A stretch of DNA of 64,000 nucleotides. It comes from Chiloscyllium plagiosum. Taxonomy: Eukaryota. The stretch lies in assembly GCF_004010195.1 (NCBI RefSeq), contig NC_057739.1:44357486-44421485 (forward strand). The letters run 5' to 3'. The notes beneath the pieces are model-generated. The model worked only from the letters and a program-made list of their open reading frames with translations, was not told the origin of the DNA and made no database searches. Each line of letters starts with the position of its first letter. Position 1 is the first letter of the stretch. A program made the position numbers and the translations under genes. Positions 25,426 to 37,186 of this stretch are shown piece by piece.

Positions 25426-26002
25426 GCAAGTGTTTTCATTTTTAACTCCCAGCCCAGGTGTGGTAACATATATGCGGAACCTTTAAAATGCTTCTGGCTA
25501 ACTTTGTCTTTATTCCCCAAATGGGAAATGGCTGATCTCTCTGCATCAATAAGAGTATTCACCATGATCTCATTGGAGCAGATTTGATGGGCTAACTTCT
25601 GTCTTGTAGGCGGTTGCCTCAAATCTTGAATCTGTTCAAATTTCTTTTTTCACAAGTCTGACTTTCTTCAATGCTTTTCCAAAACAAGATTTGGCCACCA
25701 GTGTATCCTTATAGGATACAAGAGTTGTCTTGCAAATCCATGTAAGGGGAAGATCATCATTTTGGTTAAATATAAAATGGGAGGGTGCTTTAAGATTTGT
25801 TCAATATGTGTGGTTCCTATTAAATTTACAAATGTCATGCAGAAGAAAACTGAAATTTAACACTTTTTGGGCAAAAGATTTTGCACCTGTAATATGCATA
25901 GCTGTTAATAGTTGTGGAGGAACACACTTACAGTTCTGATTTGTATTTTATTTACATCCAGCTATTTTGTACTAACCTTTTTGTTTTCCATATTATTTGT
26001 AG

Positions 26003-26026
26003 GAGGAGGAAGGCGAAGACGACTGA
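26003..26026 (+). CDS. SET: SET exon 8, coding part (EEEGEDD*)
   Basis: ttgtag|GAGGAGGAAGGCGAAGACGACTGA; matches human C-terminus EDEGEDD. Total CDS 843 nt = 280 aa. Confidence 0.92.
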   Translation, partial: EEEGEDD

Positions 26027-26778
26027 TCTGGTTGCTGTTGATATTCACCTCTACTTTTTTTCTTTAGTCCCTGGGAGCAAGTTGCTGTCTTTTTGTGCTC
26101 AGTTTCCTTGCTCTCCTGAGGTCCTTAAACCATTATACACAATTGGGATGAGTTACATGCGCAAACAACAGTGGCAATCTCTCTCTGCCATTTCCGTGAA
26201 CTGATATGAATTCTCCTAGCGCCAGCTGATCAGCACACATCTTCTGTAGTAATGTGATTGTATTTTTTTTTACTTTTTATTTTAAGCCCCACCCCACCCT
26301 CCCACATCCACCCATCCCTCTGCTGGAAGCCCAGAACTATTTTCTGCCTTTGTGCTGTGATTATAGATAATTTTGAATAGGCTTTTTTCCTACCTGTTCT
26401 GGCCCAGAGATTACACTGTGTTTCCATGTGATGTGGAGAATTAGCAGTTACCATCAAGTCCTTTGTTTTCTTCTCTCTTGTAACAAATGGGTGTCACTGA
26501 ACACCTAGGGTAGATGCAGATGGTTGGGTTCTAATGGGTGGGTTTATTGGGTATTTTGAGGACTGGCTGTACTTAGCATGTTGATGCATTGTATATTGAT
26601 ACAACATCCGTGCAACCAAACTTTTAAATATTAATCGATTTGAACCCCACGGCAGATGGAGGAGTAACAATCTGTAGAATCTTATTGGAATCTACACTCT
26701 CTAATGTAATTTTTTTGTTTCACTGGAAAGGAAAATTGCTCCGTTTTAAACGTTAGAGTGTACAAGTTGCTTTGTTAC

Positions 26779-26784
26779 AATAAA
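26779..26784 (+). terminator. SET proximal polyadenylation signal AATAAA
   Basis: AATAAA flanked by TGTA elements with a GT/T-rich tract downstream. Confidence 0.6.
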
Positions 26785-28897
26785 ACTAAATGTGTACACA
26801 AAAAGTGCGTGGTGAGTTTGCTTTTAATCTGGGATGTTTTGTGGACTTAATTGCAACCAATCTAGAATGGTTATTTTTGGTAAATGGTTGATGGGGATGG
26901 AAATTGTACAGACCTGAGGTAAATGCTTCAGTGTCAAAATTGAGACCAAATTGTAACAACTCTAATATGTACACAAATTTAAGTGCTACAAGTATCAAGG
27001 AACAAATCGTCGGAGTTGTTTGTGATGTTCTAGAAGCTACTGAGTTTGTAATAATTAGAGATCCGTTCTGTATTTATTGGAAATGAGATTGTAATTACAA
27101 AAGGCAAATTGCAACCCTGAGAACTTGGTGTTCTCCTTCAATGATTTGGGTCTGGGTCCAGTGTTGCATTGTAAGTGCTTGTTTAAATTTGAATACCACA
27201 CATTTTATGGACTGTTTGTAGGCTTGCTTTTAACTACCAAAATTGCACTTGATTTATTTTGCCTCTAGTTCCTAAATTCTATAAGTTGGTATATAATGTA
27301 TATATTGTCCTGGCAGTAGTTGCAAAACATCCATTGAACTGATGACATTTTCTTTGCAACCGGGGTCTGCCATAAATGCTACACATTTAGCACCAAAAAT
27401 ATAGTGATATGTGTGTATATAATCAACTGAATTTTTAAAAGCCTGCCACAAAGTTAGACTCTTGTGTAATTATTACATTTTATAATTATTGGTGTGCAAT
27501 GGATTTGGCGCAACTCTTGCAAATTCATCATATTTCTGGTCGTTCAAAATAGGTTGTGCTATTTTATTCCATTCTGGCTCCTTTCTATTAGGAATGAGAT
27601 TGTGGCATAACCAGTTTATTGCAATTAGCTTTTGAGGATATGGGATCTATTGCCTCACCTTTTTTTGACAGGTTGGGTGTCGGTATCCCATTCAGTGCTA
27701 CTTGTAGTATTTACTGTACGCTTTTGTTCCTATTTCATGTTCAATTGCTTTTCTGATCTTTCCAGAATTTGTACTGATTATACTAAACTGTGACCTCGTT
27801 CGAATGCTATTGTACAAAGAAAGACGTTGGCCTGATTACAACTGTGTTCCTTGATTTATGAGCTTCTCCCATTTTCGTTAACTCTTTCTTGATGCTGTTT
27901 AAGAATTTGAGTTGGATTCCTTTTTGTAATATTTTGCTTTAACTCCCACCAACTTGAATTGTTTTCAGTTACTTTTGGGATTTTGCAGTTGCTGTGAATG
28001 GATAATGGTGCCATCTTTCTTTATCTATTACCAGTGATGAATAGGCATTATGATATTGCTAAACATTTTACCTCTTGATCCTGAGCCTTGCCAGAATGGT
28101 GTAATAAATTGATTAAATATACTCGTCCTAGTTAACACTGGTAGTTGATTGCTGCAAACTTCAGAGATTTTCGTATCTAAATCTTCTCCAGTATTCCATT
28201 AGATTTCAGTATAACCTGAGCAGCTCATGAATACTGTTGTTTCATAAATGCAATTCTTCAGTTCCACCTGGTGTTTTAAGATTAGTGTGTCTTCGTGAGA
28301 GGGAATTGTACATTTTGCATGTTTTCACTTGGAGAAATACATTCTCCTGAGCAAGTCCTTTGTTTTTTGATGTATTCTTGCCACTCCGGTAGAGGCAAAG
28401 AAACTGAATTGAGTTGTGGCTGGGAAGCCCTCCTTGGGATGCAAAAAGATAGCTGACTGGTACCAACCATGCCATTTTTCTTTTGGCAAATTGATGGAAT
28501 GACTAATAATTCTACCACCAGCAATGCAAGCATAAGGCATGTGATTCCTTAAACTAGTAATAACAGACCTGAACACTTCCGTCTAAAAAGAATGATGGTA
28601 TACAAGAAGCCTAATGAGTATAACCAGAGCTGTAGTTTAGTTTATTTGGTTTTTGCTTACATAATTGTCCTGATAATGGGATCTGGCTAAGCCATCGCTT
28701 TGCTTGGCAATGTTTTGGAGAGCATGATGTCTATAAACCACATTTGAGAATGTTTAATTGGATTTATAGACACTTGATCTTTAAATGTATTGGGTTTTGT
28801 TTGACATGGCAGCCGAAGGTGTCCTGACTTCATCTTGAACTTTGTTTTTTTTTTAAATTAAATTGGTTCTCATCAATCTGTCTTTACTGTTATCTAC

Positions 28898-28903
28898 AAT
28901 AAA
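28898..28903 (+). terminator. SET distal polyadenylation signal AATAAA
   Basis: AATAAA with an upstream T tract and downstream GT-rich tgtgtattgtctttactgcttgttgtg. Confidence 0.6.
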
Positions 28904-29589
28904 GTTTGTATACATGTTTTGCCATAGTGCTGTGTATTGTCTTTACTGCTTGTTGTGTACATTTGGAAGTGTATTGCCAATACAAATATTGATTTAATCT
29001 CATCCAACAGAAATGAAGCAGTTAGCATTTAATAGGCTTTTGGATATTTCTAAAAATTTTAGCATGATACAATATATTATGGGATGTGACAATGTAAATG
29101 GAACATTATAAATTGCCATTACCACAGGAATGCTTACTGATACTGAGATGGTATTGACACTTTGTAGTTGTCATTGACTATTTGATCTTTTTTTTGAGGT
29201 GAACTAACCATTCAGGCTAGTGAAAAGATAGGTTTTAAGAAATTAAGCCATTTCAGAACAACTGTTCCTCTGGCAAAATTTGATGCATGTGCAGTTTAAT
29301 ATTAGTTAGGCGTTTACAGACAATTCCTGGTGCACTGAGATTTTCTAACGTCTGCGTCTAGGATTTAATTTAGTTTTGAATGAGATTGTACACTGAAATG
29401 AATGGTATTAAATCTAAGTGTATTATTTGGTTAAACTTATTGAAGTGTAATTCAAATACTTGAATTACAATATTCAAAATGTGGTAGTGTTTAGTACAGA
29501 CTCCATTCAGAAAAAAAGTTGAGGTATTTCAATGCAACATTAATGGTAGACAACATTAATTACTTTTACTCTGAGGGATATTTAACTAT

Positions 29590-29897
29590 TTCAGCCTGTT
29601 CGGACACCTCTGTGGCAGGATGGACTTTAACACAGCCTTTCCATGAACCCTCAAACTGGTAGTTATAGATATTTTTAAGCACCTGTTCAGATATGCATTT
29701 ACTTCCTTCTGGAGCAGGTGGGTCTTCTGGCAAAAGGTGAGGATATTACCATTGTGCTATGAAAGCCCTCTGCAATAAGGTTGCAGAGGAGTACTAAAAC
29801 TACTACTTTTACCTAAACATCAGTCGATCCTGTTCTTTTCTCTTAAGATGGAGACAGTTTCTTATCAAACTGTTCAGAGATGTTAACACACCTCTGG
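29590..29897 (-). repeat. Three partial copies of a short tRNA-like SINE head
   Basis: Recurring cctgttcaga(g/t)atg...acacctctgg..caggtggga unit, the same family as 10242-10450. Confidence 0.5.
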
Positions 29898-29914
29898 GTC
29901 TCCTTGGTATCATT

Positions 29915-30708
29915 CTAGGTTAGTGGTGCTGGAAGAGCACAGCAGTTCAGGCAGCTTCAACTACAATCCACCCTCCCATCCTGGCATTTTCCCCTGCCAC
30001 CGCAGGAACTGGAAAACCTGCGCCCACACCTCCTCCCTCACCTCTATCCAAGGCCCTAAAGGAGCCTTCCACATCCACTAATATAATTTATTGTATCCGT
30101 TGCTCCCTATGCGCTCTCCTCTACATTGGGGAGACTGGGCGCCTCCTAGGAGAGCGCTTTAGGGAACATCTCCGGTACACCCGCACCAATCAACCACACT
30201 GCCCCGTGGCCCAACATTTCAACTCCCCCTCCGCCAAGGACATGGAGGTCCTGGGCCTCCTTCACCGCTGCTCCCTCACCACCAGATGCCTGGAGGAAGA
30301 ACACATCTTCCGCCTCGGAACACTTCAACCCCAGGGCATCAATGTGGACTTCAACAGTTTCCTCATTTCCCCTTCTCCCACCTCACCCTAGTTCCAAACT
30401 TCCAGCTCAGCTCTGTCCCCATGACTTGTCTGGACTTGTCCTACCTGCCTATCTCCTTCACCCTCTCCTCCCTGACCTATCACCTTCATCCCCTCCCCCA
30501 CTCACCTATTGTACTCTATGCTACTTTCTCCCCACCCTCCTCCAGCTTATCTCTCCGCACTTCAGGCTCACTGCCTTTATTCCTGATGAAGGGCTTTTGC
30601 CCGAAACGTCGATTTCGAAGCTCCTTGGATGGTGCCTGAACTGCTGTGCTCTTCTAGCACCACTAATCCAGAATCTGGTTTCCAGCATCTGCAGTCATTG
30701 TTTTTACC
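29915..30708 (+). mobile_element. Penelope-like element 3' part (GIY-YIG remnant, pLTR, short inverted 5' arm)
   Basis: Decayed YCIRC..C.LLYIGETG...FREHL...VAQHFNSPS...FRLGTLQPQGINVDF. Hammerhead motif at 30579-30614. TSD ttggtatcatt at 29904-29914 and 30709-30719. Confidence 0.88.
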
Positions 30709-31149
30709 TTGGTATCATTTTATCCTGGTCACGCTTAGTTTAGGTGGTGGTACTTTATGCACCTGCAGTTTCTGCAAGATTTTAATCATAGAAACTGGAT
30801 TTACTGTGGTCGACGTAATTTGGTCTATACGGTTTAATACTTGAAACAGAAGATACTGATGATTTTTCAGCCACAACAAAATGAGCCACAGATCCTTGTT
30901 ATGGGTGCAGACAATTACTGAGTTGGCAATATTCAACAAAAGTGGAAACATTGGAAAGTCACAATCACAAAACCCAGATCAAGCTTAAGTCTTATGCAAA
31001 AGCGCATTGGTGCCACACCTTAGGGTGCTAATTCCCTTTCCCAGCATTCAAACTTGAAGAATGCATATAAATTGAGTACATTTCATAAAGTGAAGATATA
31101 GGTATTAGTTATAAATATTTTTATTTCTATACAAAAAATAGGTTTGATT

Positions 31150-31304
31150 TCAACTCCGGTAGGACTTGGGTACCATGAGAAGTGTTGCAGCAATATTCTC
31201 CTGGAGGAGTCTGTCTATTATCAGTGCAACAAATGTCTCATCTGAATCCTCAAACTCTTCATCTGTAACATGCTGAGGCCAGATGCTGGGCTGAAATGAC
31301 CAAC
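31150..31304 (-). CDS. Secreted cereblon-like (CULT domain) protein, exon 2
   Basis: Acceptor ttttttcaacag|, phase 1. (G)WSFQPSIWPQHVTDEEFEDSDETFVALIIDRLLQENIAATLLMVPKSYRS* completes the HLGW.F and F.AL...L CULT motifs. AATAAA on the minus strand at 31120-31125. Confidence 0.88.
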
Positions 31305-32084
31305 CTGTTGAAAAAAATCCAAACGTAGGGTGAATAGACAAAACTTATCACGCGTTATAAAATGTGCCTTAAATATTCCAATGTTTCAAAGGTCAGTAAA
31401 ACTGAGCTAAAGGAGAAAACATTAAAGGTTTCAATGGCCTAGTCAAATAGGGTTTAAGTAGTATTAAAAACGAGCAATGTTTAGGAAATGAATTTCCAGA
31501 GCTTATGCCTAGAACATTGAAGTCACAGCTGCCAACATTGGGACCAAATACATGGGGAATTGTGTAATCAGGCAGAGGGGAAATGCATAGATCTGAAAGG
31601 GTTGAATCAGGTTACAGCAATAGGTTGAAGAGATATTTTGAACAGAAGAGGATTTTTTTTTTTGAAAAAGGAGACATTGGTGGATTGAAAGCCAAAGTGA
31701 ATAAGCCCAATAAGGAATGCAGGAGAACATTGTGGACCAGTATGACAGGGTGTGGTGTTACATGTCGGCCACAGAATTTTGGATGAGCTCAGCCAAAGCA
31801 TTGGAATAGTAAAAATTTAAGTTTTAAAAAATAAAAATGAGTTTGGCAGACAAAAGTAGACAGTCTTGCTGATAAAGAATACAGGATCAGAACTCAGCTC
31901 AGAGTCAAATGAAGCAAAGAGGTTGGAAAAGGGTAGAATCAGGAAATAGCTTGTGGTGGGATCTTAAGTTTAACATAGGAACTCAAGTACATTTTTAAGA
32001 AATCACAGATGACGTACAGCTCAACTCCCTGGTTTCCTGATTGTTCGTTTAACTGACCACCTTATCTGGACTTACCACAGATAC

Positions 32085-32621
32085 AATGGTCAGACAGCTT
32101 AGGAAATTTGACATGTCCATAAGGATCTTTAACTTTTACAGATGCACCATAGAAAGCATACTATCTGGCTGCATAATGGCCTGCTATGGCAACTGCTCTG
32201 CCCAGGACCGTAAGACTACAAAAGGTTATGTGCTCAGCCCAGACCATCATAGAAGCCAACATTCCATCCGTGGACTCCACTTACACCCTTCATTGCTGCA
32301 GAAAGGCTGCCAATATCAAAGACTCTGCCCACCCCAATAAGGCTCCTATAATCTCTTCCATCAGGCAGAAAATACAGAAGCTTGAACACATGTACCAATA
32401 GGTTCAAGGACAGCTTCTTCCCTTTTGTTATTAGATTGATGAATGAACTGGCCGCTAACTTCAAATAATGTTGATCTATCTTTGTGCATCTTATGTGCAG
32501 TGTAATCTTTATACCTCACTGTCTAAGCACCCTATGATCTATGTACTCTTACTATAATTTGTCAGTGCTGTTCGCAAACAAAGCCTTTCACTGTACTTGG
32601 GTACACAAGACAATAAATCAA
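32085..32621 (+). mobile_element. Rex1/Babar-like LINE 3' fragment
   Basis: RQLRKFDMS..NFYRCTIESILSGCI.A.YGNCSAQDRK; ends in acaataaatcaa. Confidence 0.75.
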
Positions 32622-32959
32622 AGTTAAAAGAAAATTGTAAAACCTTAAATTGAAACTGAAATTTTCAAAATCAACTTGGGTATAGGTTGGCATTCTAGAT
32701 TTCAAAGGCTTACACTAATTTTAAAAGATGTGCCTTCTCACTTTTGGCTGTCCTCTGCCACCAATTACTTCCCTCGTTATCCTTTTAGAAATTCTAATCA
32801 TCTTTTAAAAGACGTTTGATCAGAAACTTAAACGGACCAGCAACATTAATACTTCAGTTACAAACAGGGACTTCTGTACCCAGGGACTTCTGTACCCAGG
32901 GACTCATCCAACCTTTCCATCACCTGAAAAGCACAAATAGAGGGAATTTGTTGTAATAC

Positions 32960-34410
32960 CATAATGTAGGAGCAGAATTAGACCATTCAGCCCATCATGA
33001 TTACTACACCATTTTATCATGGCTAATACATTTTTTTTAGCCCCATCTTCCTGCCTTCTCTTTATAACTTTTGATCTCCTTCGTAATCAAGAGGCTATTT
33101 ATGTCTTGAATACACTCAATGACTTGACTTCCACAGCCTTCTGCAATGATTTTTCAGATTAACCACTCTGAACAAATTCCTCCTCATCTCAATTCAAAAA
33201 AAGAGTCATCCCCTCACATTAAGGGTGTACCCCCAGGTCCTAGACTCTCTCAATGGAAACATTTTCATTTCCACCCTATCTAGGCCCCTCATATTCTACA
33301 TTTCAAGATCCCCCCTCATCCTTCTAAACTCTATCAAGTACATTCCCAGAGTTATCCACAATTCCTTGTGATAAGTCCTTTATCACATTTTTCTTATGAA
33401 CCCATCCTTTGCCAGCACATCCATCCTTCGATACCAGCCCAAAACTGCACACAATATTCCATATGAAGTTTGACCAGAACTTTATACAGCCTAGCAGTAC
33501 ATCTCTAGCCCTTGAAATTAATGCTAACATTACACTTAACTTCCTAACTGCCAAATGAACTTGCATGTTAACCTGAAAGGAATCCTGAATTAGGACTCCC
33601 TACTTCAAAATTTCCAAAGCCGTTCCCCATTTAGAAAATAATTTACACACTTCTACCAAAGTGTATAACTCACTTTCCCACATTGTATTCCATCTGCCAC
33701 TTCTTTGCCCACTCTCCTAGCCTATCCAAGAACTTCTGCAGCCACCCTGCTTCCTCAACATTACCTGTCCTTCCAGCTAACTTTGTCACCTGTGAACTTA
33801 GTTTGCCCTCCATCCCATTGTACGTTAATAATATGGACAAAGGAAATGGCTGTGGTTCCAACACTGATCCGTGCAGATCTCCACTAATCACAGGTTACCA
33901 TCCTGAAAAAGACCCCTTAACCCCACTCCCTGCCTTCCGTCTGCCTGTCAGTCAATCCTCTATCCTGGGTGAAAGCGAGTACTGCAAATGCTGGACATTA
34001 GAACCAAGAGTGTGGTGCTACAAAAGTACAGCCAGCCAGGCAGCATCCAAGCAGGAAAATCAACGTTTTGGGTAAAAGCCCTTCATCTATTCTAATCTTG
34101 TCTATAACACCAGAGGCTCTAATCTTATTTAGCCATCTCCTTCAGAATTCAGGCGTGTAATCCATCTGATCTGGGTGATTTATCCACTTTCAAACCTTCC
34201 AGCTTCCCCAGCACCTTCTCCTTAGTGTTGGCCACGACACTCACCTCTCTCTGCCCCCTGACACCCTTGAAATTCTGGTATGCTACTGGTGTCATCCACT
34301 GTGAAGATTGATGTGGAATTCACCAGTTTTCTCATTTCGGGTCCTGATTATTTCTTAGTTTTCCCCATTACTACCTCTTCAGCCTCAATATCCAAGCCAA
34401 CTCTTGCTTC
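32960..34410 (-). mobile_element. Decayed CR1 LINE fragment(s)
   Basis: ORF 33670..33891 GSVLEPQ...LDRLGEWAKKWQMEYNVGK. Confidence 0.75.
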
Positions 34411-34429
34411 TTTATAAACATTCTCAATG

Positions 34430-36345
34430 AGAAAATAGGAAGCATGGTTACTAAGTTTGCAGATGACACCAAAATCGGTGGTTATAGTGGACAGTGAAGA
34501 AGGTTATATAAGAGTACAACAGAATCTTGATCAACTGGGCCAATAAGCAAAGAAGTGGCAGGTGGGGTTTAATTTACTTAAGTGTGAAGTAGTGCATTTT
34601 GGTAAGACAAACATGGGCAGGACTTGCACAGTTAATGGTAGAGACATGGGAAGTGTTGTTGAATAGAGAGACTTAAGGGATCAGGTACATACTTCCTTGA
34701 AAGTGACATCACAGAGGGACAGGATGGTGAAAGTGCTGTTTGGCAAGCATACCTTCATTGGTTGAAGCATATGAGCTGCAATATCATGTTGTGGTTGTCC
34801 AGGACATTTGTGAGGCCACTTTTGGAGCACTGCGTACAGTTCTGGTCACCCTGCTATAGGGTGTGTTATTAAATTGGAAAGAGTGCAAAGATGATTTACA
34901 AGGATGCTATAACACACTGGAGTGTTTGAGTTATAAGGAAAAGCTAGGACTTTTTTTCCTTGGGCCAAGATTAGAGTGGTGCTGGAAAAGCACAGCAGGT
35001 CAGGCAGCATCCGAGAAGCAGGAAAATCGACATTTCAGGTAAAAGCCCTTCATCAGGAATAGAGGCAGGGTGCCTGCAGGGTGGAGAGATAATCTGAGAG
35101 CGGGGTGGGGGTGGGGAGAAAGTAGCAAAGAGTACAACAGGGGTGGGGATGAAGGTGATAGGTCAGAGAGGAGAGTGGAGTGGATAGGTGGAAAAGAAGA
35201 TAGGCAGGTCGGACAGGTCATAGGGACGGTGCTGAGCTGGAAGGTTGGAACTGGGGTGAGGTGGGGGAAGGGGAAATGAGAAAACTGGTGAATTCCACAT
35301 CGATGCCCTAGGGTTGAAGTGTTCCAAGGTGGAAGATAAGGCGTTCTTCCTCTAGGTGTCGGGTGGTGAGGGAGCTGCGGTGGAGGCGACCCAGAACCTG
35401 CATGTCCTCGGCAGAGTGGGAGGGGAAGTTGAAATGTTGGGCCACAGGGCGGTGGGGTTAATTGGTGTGGGTGTCCCAGAGATGTTCCCTAAAGCGCTCT
35501 GCTAGGAGGTGTCCAGTCTCCCCAATGTAGAGGAGGCCGCACTGGGAGCAAAGGATACAATAAATGATATTAGTGGATGTGCACGTAAAACTTTGATGGA
35601 TGTGGAAGGCTCCTTTGGAGCCTTGGATGGAGGTGGTGTGGGTGCAAGTTTTGCAATTCTTACGGTGGCAGGGGAGGGTGCCAGGAAGGGAGGGTGGATT
35701 GTTGGGGGGTTTGTGGACCTGACCAGGTAGTCACGGAGGGAATGGTCTTTGCGGAAAGTGGAATATATCCCTGGTGGTGGGGTCCGTTTGGAGGTGGCGG
35801 AAATGTCGTCAGATAATGTGGTTTATGCGAAGGTTAGTAGGTTGGAAGGTGAGCACGGGGGGGGGGGGGGGTGTTCTGTCCTTGTTACAGTTGAAGGGGT
35901 GGGGTTTGAGGGCAGAGGTGCAGGATGTGGACGAGATGTGTTGGAGGGCATCTTTAACCACGACAGAATGGAAATTGCGGTCTCTAAAGGAGGCGGCCAT
36001 CTGGTGTGTTCTGTGGTGAAACTGGTCCTCTTGGGAGCAGATACGGCAGAGGAATTGGGAATACAGGAGGGCATTTTTGCAGGAGGTAGGGTCGGACGTG
36101 GTGTAATCCAGGTAGCTGTGGGAGTCGGTGGGTTTGTAAAAAATGTCAGTGTCAAGTCAGTCGTCATTAATGGAGATGGAGAGGTCCAGGAAGGGGAAGG
36201 AAGTGACTTCTTTCCTTGGAGCATAGGAGGTTGATGGGTGACTGGATTGAAGTTTATAAAATTAGGAGCACATAAGGTGAATAACAAAGGTCTTTTCCCG
36301 AGGATGGAGAGTTCAAAACTAGAAGCATAATTTTAAGGTGAGAGG
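34430..36345 (+). mobile_element. CR1 fragment interrupted by a Penelope insertion (CR1 parts about 34430-34966 and 36205-36345)
   Basis: aagtttgcagatgacaccaaaatcgg (KFADDTK) and related sequence. Duplicated junction gacttt..ttccttgg at about 34948 and 36205. Confidence 0.75.
34968..36200 (-). mobile_element. Penelope-like element (RT C-terminus, GIY-YIG, pLTR)
   Basis: Minus-strand LPFLDLSI..YKPTDSHSYLDY-like sequence, MAASFRDRNF, PPVLTFQPTNLRINHII. Degenerate hammerhead at about 35024-35060. Confidence 0.85.
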
Positions 36346-36349
36346 AAAA

Positions 36350-36765
36350 AGTGCCAGGGACCCAGATTCGATTCCAGCCTCAGCCGACTGTCTGCATGGT
36401 ATTTGCACATTCTCCCCATGTCTACGTGTGGGTTTCCTCCCGGTGCTCTGGTTTCCTCCCACAGTCCAAAAGATGTGCAGGTTAGGTGAATTTGCCATAC
36501 CTAACACTTTGTGCAATTAGGTGCATTAGTCAGGGGTACAGTGGCTCAGTGGTTAGCACTGCCGCCTTACAGCGCCAGGGTCAATTCCAGCCTTGGGCGA
36601 CTATCTGTGTGGAGTTTGCACATTCTCTGCGTGGATTTCCTCCGGGTGTTCCGGTTTCCTCCCACAATCCAGGTGAACTGGCCACGCTAAATTGTCCATA
36701 GTTGTTAGGTGCATTAGTCGGGGGTGGGTTACTCTTCGGAGGGTTGGCGTGACCTTGTGGGGATT
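36350..36765 (+). mobile_element. Two tandem HE1-like V-SINE copies
   Basis: tRNA-like head plus gtgggtttcctcccggtgctctggtttcctcccacagtccaaa core, present twice. Confidence 0.85.
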
Positions 36766-36813
36766 CTAATTCAAAAGTGGTAAATATCGATAATGAAACG
36801 AACGTAAACAAAC

Positions 36814-37186
36814 CTAAGTGATTATGGCACCTGGGACACGTTGCCACTGTCCAAGAGTGTCCAGGGAACCAGGAGAACTGCTCCTCCGCCGGCCAGTGTC
36901 TGTGTACAGCGGCTTTCTTGAAAGTGAGTACCTGGAAGCGAAGTCCCTGGGGGTTCTGGAAAAGCTGCACCGGGACCCTGCGCTCGCCGATCACCGTGTC
37001 GTTACGCTGGGCTAAAGCCAGGGCGCTGGCCACGAACTTGAGGTCCCGGCTGGCGGCCACCTCGAAGCCGCATGATCTGCACAGTAAGAGCTCATCTCGG
37101 GAACTTCTCTCCTCCTGGCTGGCGTTGTGGCCGCTCACGGCAGGCAGCAGCCACACCAACAGCGGAGGCACCAACACCTGCCACAT
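36814..37186 (-). CDS. Secreted cereblon-like (CULT domain) protein, exon 1
   Basis: ATG at 37186; signal-peptide-like MWQVLVPPLLVWLLPAVSG; LLCRSCG...FQNPQG..F.V.T....FSWFPGHSWTVATCPRCHNHLG; donor TTAG|gtttgt, phase 1; CpG-rich coding sequence. 373+155 nt = 175 aa. Confidence 0.9.

Noticed and set aside
25266-25622. Poly-Ser ORF on the minus strand
   Set aside because: Antisense shadow of the GAR/GAY-rich acidic exon of SET.
28034-28084. C box (GTGATGA) ... D box (CTGA) as a C/D snoRNA
   Set aside because: Only 51 nt, no terminal stem, and it lies in the probable 3'UTR rather than an intron.
31150-37186. CRBN itself or a processed CRBN pseudogene
   Set aside because: There is no LON-like domain; it has an intron, a signal-like N-terminus and an intact frame; similarity to CRBN is limited to motifs.
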